NCBI RefSeq assembly: GCF_006345805.1
Contig: NC_043002.1
Span: forward strand, 21,576,001 to 21,640,000
Source of the DNA: Octopus sinensis
Taxonomy: Eukaryota
Reading direction: 5' to 3'
Length of the DNA stretch: 64,000 nucleotides
Numbering within the stretch: the first letter of the stretch is position 1; each line of letters opens with the position of its first letter. The position numbers were made by a program, and so were the translations under genes. Of the stretch, positions 60,030 to 64,000 are shown piece after piece. The notes under the pieces are model-generated. The model saw only the letters and a list, made by a program, of their open reading frames with translations. It ran no database searches and was not told where the DNA came from.

Positions 60030-60495
60030 CCAAAAACGGGTTGTCAGCACAAAACAAACACAGTGACACTAACACACACATATTGATGTATGAAGGCTTC
60101 CACACAGTTTCTTATTTTTTATTGCCCACAAGGGGCTAAACATAGAAGGGACAAACAAGGACAGACAAAGGGATTAAGTTGATTACATCGACCCCAGTGC
60201 ATAACTTGTACTTAATTATCGACCCCGAAAGGATGAAAGCAAAGTCAACCTCAGCGGAATTTGAACTCAGAGCGTAATGGCAGACGAAATACCACTAATC
60301 ATTTTGCCTGGCATGCAAACGTTTCTGCCAGCTCGCCACCTTCCACACAGTTTCTGTCTCCCAAATTCACTCACAAGGCATTAGTCAGTCTAGGGCTATA
60401 GTAGAAGACACTTGCCTAAGGTGCTGTGCAGTAGGACTGAACTCAAAACCACATGGTTGCAAAGCAAGCTTCTTAACCTCATAGCCGTTCTTGCA
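60030..60495 (-). mobile_element. Degenerate SINE S2 interrupted by an S1 copy
   Basis: GAAGACACTTGCCTAAGGTGC; host sequence resumes after the TSD. Confidence 0.7.
60113..60339 (-). mobile_element. SINE S1
   Basis: 16-bp TSD CTTCCACACAGTTTCT at 60097-60112 and 60340-60355. Confidence 0.92.
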
Positions 60496-60901
60496 CCTTT
60501 GTATAATGTCAAAAAACGTTTATTTCACTGTTAAACTCTTGACTTCCTGTATAAAACAATAACATATGAGACTGCATGGGTCAGCCAGTCTTGAAATACA
60601 TGACACTTCAAAAGTCATACTAATATTGTTTCACGTTAATTTTGAAAGGAATGAAGAACTCTCTAATGTAAAAGGGGAAATGCTAATCCCTTTATCTATC
60701 ATTCATTTCTGTAATGATTCTGAGACTATGTCATTACAGAGTTATCAGACAAGGATTCTGGAGTGAAGTCAATGGCTAAGAAAATTTCCAACACGATGCT
60801 AAGAGTCAACATAGAAGCTTAATACCAAAATTTCTTCCCCTTGCAACATAGTATTCTAAATATTATTGGTTTGCACACATAAGTACTCTATTGAAAAACA
60901 T

Positions 60902-61135
60902 AAGGTGGTGAGCTGGCAGAAACATTAGCACGCCGGGCGAAATGCGTAGCCGTATTTCGTCTGGCATTACATTCTGAGTTCAAATTCCGCCGAGGTCGAC
61001 TTTACCTTTCATCCTTTCGGGGTCGATAAATTAAGTACCAGTTACGCACTGGGGTCAATGTAATCGACTTAATCCGTTTGTCTGTCCTTGTTTGTCCCCT
61101 CTGTGTTTAGCCCCTTTTGGGTAGTAAAGAAATAA
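60902..61135 (+). mobile_element. SINE S1, young copy
   Basis: 14-bp TSD CTATTGAAAAACAT at 60888-60901 and 61136-61149; CpGs retained. Confidence 0.94.
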
Positions 61136-61169
61136 CTATTGAAAAACATTCATGTAACTGACACTCTGT

Positions 61170-61465
61170 CAGTTAGGATGGTGAGTGTTCCAGTTAATCT
61201 AGCCAACAGAACAGCCTGCCATTAAAATTAACATGCAAGTGGCTGAGTATTCCAATGACATGTGTACCCTTAATGTAGCTCTCAGGGAGGTTCAGCATGA
61301 CACAATATATGACAACGTTGCCCCTTTGAATTACAGATACAAATTATTTTTTGCCAGTTGAGTGGACTGGAGTAATGTGGAGTGAAGTATCTTGCTGAAG
61401 AGCACAAGGACTGAACTCATTACCTTCTGATCATGAGCTGAATAACCCTAACCACTAAGGCACAT
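61170..61465 (-). mobile_element. SINE S3
   Basis: Homologous to 1020-1345. Confidence 0.82.
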
Positions 61466-62484
61466 CCTTTCACACACACACACAGATGTGCACGCACACA
61501 CACAGATGTGCACGCACACACACACACTTGTTTGTGTATTTCTACACTCACAGTTACACATACATGTGTATGTGTGTATCACACGTCTACACATATCTAT
61601 ATGGATGCATACACTGATTTATTTACAAATACTGACTCACACACATACATATCTGAATACATGCACGCACACACACACACGCGCAAAATATCTATCTATC
61701 CATACATATTCTATACATATACACACACATCTGCATATATGTATGCATTCACGTAGACATAGGTAAATGCTCACATCCCAGACATACAACCTCATATATA
61801 TTTATGCACTTACATATATACATACATACATACATACATACATATACACTCATACATGTACGTATCTGTACATTCATACACAAGCGCTCACACATACTCT
61901 CATAATGTACTTGGAACCCCTCACATCGGGAGAGGGCTAGGAGAGGGTTACTCTTGGCACACTTCACTTTATCATTACACCTTTCATTTCTACTTATTGT
62001 GCACTTTAAATTGTTTATGTATGATGATGGCAGTGGTGATGGTAGAGGCATTTTTTAAGAAGGTGGTGGGGGTGAGGGGCGGGGCGGGTGGCAAGGGTAA
62101 CAGTCGTTTGTTACATTCCATCTTCTTTATCAAAAGCAGATAAGTTCTTTAAGGTGTGGTGCTGTTTGGCACAGATTATATACATCACTTCTTCTTTGAC
62201 TATTTCCTCCTTTTTTCCCTCTACTGCTGTTGCTACTACAACTATGGAGACAACAACAGCACCACCAACAACAACTACTACTATTTTTAAATTACCATTA
62301 CCACTACCATGATTACAATGTCTAGTTTAGTGCTTGATATTTTCTTATTACATCATACACCTATACAACAGGTTTCATATGAACACACAGACACACACAC
62401 ATACACACGTGAATATGTGTATGGTCTGTGGTTATGTGTGAGTAAAATGATGGTGTGCATAATTGTACGTGTGTGTGTGTGTGT

Positions 62485-62862
62485 GTACTCTTTACTCTCT
62501 CTGTTACTCTTTTACTTGTTTCAGTCATTTGACTGCGGCCATGCTGGAACACTGCCTCTAGTCGAGCAAATCAACCCCAGGATTCATTCTTTGTAAGCCT
62601 TGTACTTATTCTGTCAGTCTCTTTTGCCGAACCAGCATTCATTGTCAAGCAGTGTTGGGGGGGACAGACACACAAACATACACATATACATACATATATA
62701 CGACGGGCTTCGTTCAGTTTCCGTCTACCAAATCCACTCACAAGGCTTTGGTCGGCCCAAGGCTATAGTAGAAGACACTTGCCCAAGGTGCCATGCAGTG
62801 GGAACGAACCCGGAACCATGTGGCTGGTAAGCAAGCTACTTACCACACAGCCACTCCTGTGC
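62485..62862 (-). mobile_element. SINE S2, full length
   Basis: As 12150. Confidence 0.92.
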
Positions 62863-63046
62863 CTATATATATATATATATAATGTGTGTGTATATCTCTA
62901 ATGAAATTTGATTGATAGTATTAACCATTCCACCTTCCCTTTAGCATTTAAACTGGCCATATCCAGCCTAGATATTCCACCTGTTTTATGTTCTAACCAC
63001 GCAGGTCCAGCTTATCACACATACCCTTCAATGCCATTATATTCGA

Positions 63047-63268
63047 AGTTCAATTCCAAGCAGTGACCTGAACAATAATAATAATAATAATAATAATATC
63101 GAAAAAATCCTTAGGAATGAGAACCCAGGTTCGAAATTTTCCTAAGACACCTGAAGAAGGCTGGAGGGTATATCCACCAAAACATTGTGTTAACAACAAA
63201 CAAGATGAGGACAAATACCTGCCAAATGTAAATAATGTACATAATTCGTCTTCTCTTAAATATAGAAC
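63047..63268 (+). mobile_element. Family B SINE-like element, 5'-truncated at the B-box, hammerhead decayed (63146-63191)
   Basis: AGTTCAATTCCAAGCAGTGACCTGAAC (AAT)n ..CCTTAGGAATGAGAACCCAGG..GACAC CTGAAGA AGGCTG..CCACC AAAA CAT T GTGTT. Confidence 0.82.
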
Positions 63269-64000
63269 TGAATTAAAAATTACTTTTCACTACGCATTCA
63301 CCCACACCACTCCATCACCACTTCCACCATCACCACTTCCATCATCACCACCACCACCATCACCATCATCTCTCTCCTCTCTCTCTCTCTCTCTCTGCCT
63401 TTCCACCATCAGAACACCCCTCTGCTAAAGTTATATTCCTAACTCACCTCTATCTCATTACCTGCAACTAACTTTTTTAACCATGTGATAAACATTATAT
63501 CTCCCCTACCACATGTCATGGATGTTTCTCTCTCTTTCTTTTCTTTCTCCCGCATTTTCTTTCTCTCTCTTTCTGTCTCTATCTTCACCTTATCCTCTCT
63601 TTCTCTCTCCCTGCTTCTTTTTCCCTCTTTTTCTCTAATTTGAATGAAAAAATATTAAAAGAATTAACAAGCCTTTCAATCAGCTCCATCTTATTATTCT
63701 TAAAATGTTTAAGGTTCACAATATCAGAAAATGTATTAAATTTAGGATTTTCAAATATTTCTCCTGTTAAGTTTTATCACTAACACCACCACCACCACCA
63801 CCACCACTGCCGCTGCCACCATGATCATGACTCTGATCATTGTTGTTGCTTATCCATTTACGTAAGCGCCTCACCTTTTTCTGTTTTGTATTTCCTCTTT
63901 TCATGTAGTCCTTGGGTGTCTTGGGCCTTTGTGCCTAATAAAAGAAATCAGAACTGTTAGCATGCTGGAGAGAGTGCTTAGTGGCGTTTCTTGTGTCTTT

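Noticed and set aside
8432-63428. Dozens of ORFs rich in YI, HT, CV, poly-N, poly-I, poly-L or poly-M
   Set aside because: They are translations of microsatellites that lack stop codons in some frames.

Overview
AT-rich animal genomic DNA, most likely octopus. The species is inferred from three tRNA-derived SINE families that I recall as the octopus OK/OR-type SINEs and from the extreme microsatellite load; it is not verified. No host protein-coding exon, rRNA, functional tRNA or CRISPR array is recognisable, and the window reads as a large intron or intergenic tract. It contains: about 25 SINE copies (several with clean 14-18 bp target-site duplications); about 15 5'-truncated copies of one RTE-clade LINE with a hairpin tandem array in its 3' UTR; two other RTE types, one ending in three C2H2 fingers; a near full-length 4.6 kb CR1-type LINE whose frameshifts lie at homopolymer runs; an internally deleted mariner; Tc1/mariner and piggyBac MITEs; a 255-bp satellite; and kilobase-scale microsatellites. 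The most striking signal, absent from the ORF track, is a set of at least eight type I hammerhead-ribozyme motifs of the minimal Penelope/retrozyme kind, from several unrelated families. Four have intact or near-intact cores (10236, 14440, 15278, 50097). One is the tail of a tRNA-headed SINE-like element present twice. In two different families a 5' inverted arm starts 3 nt before the ribozyme GAAA. All folds and translations were done by eye and nothing was searched against a database.
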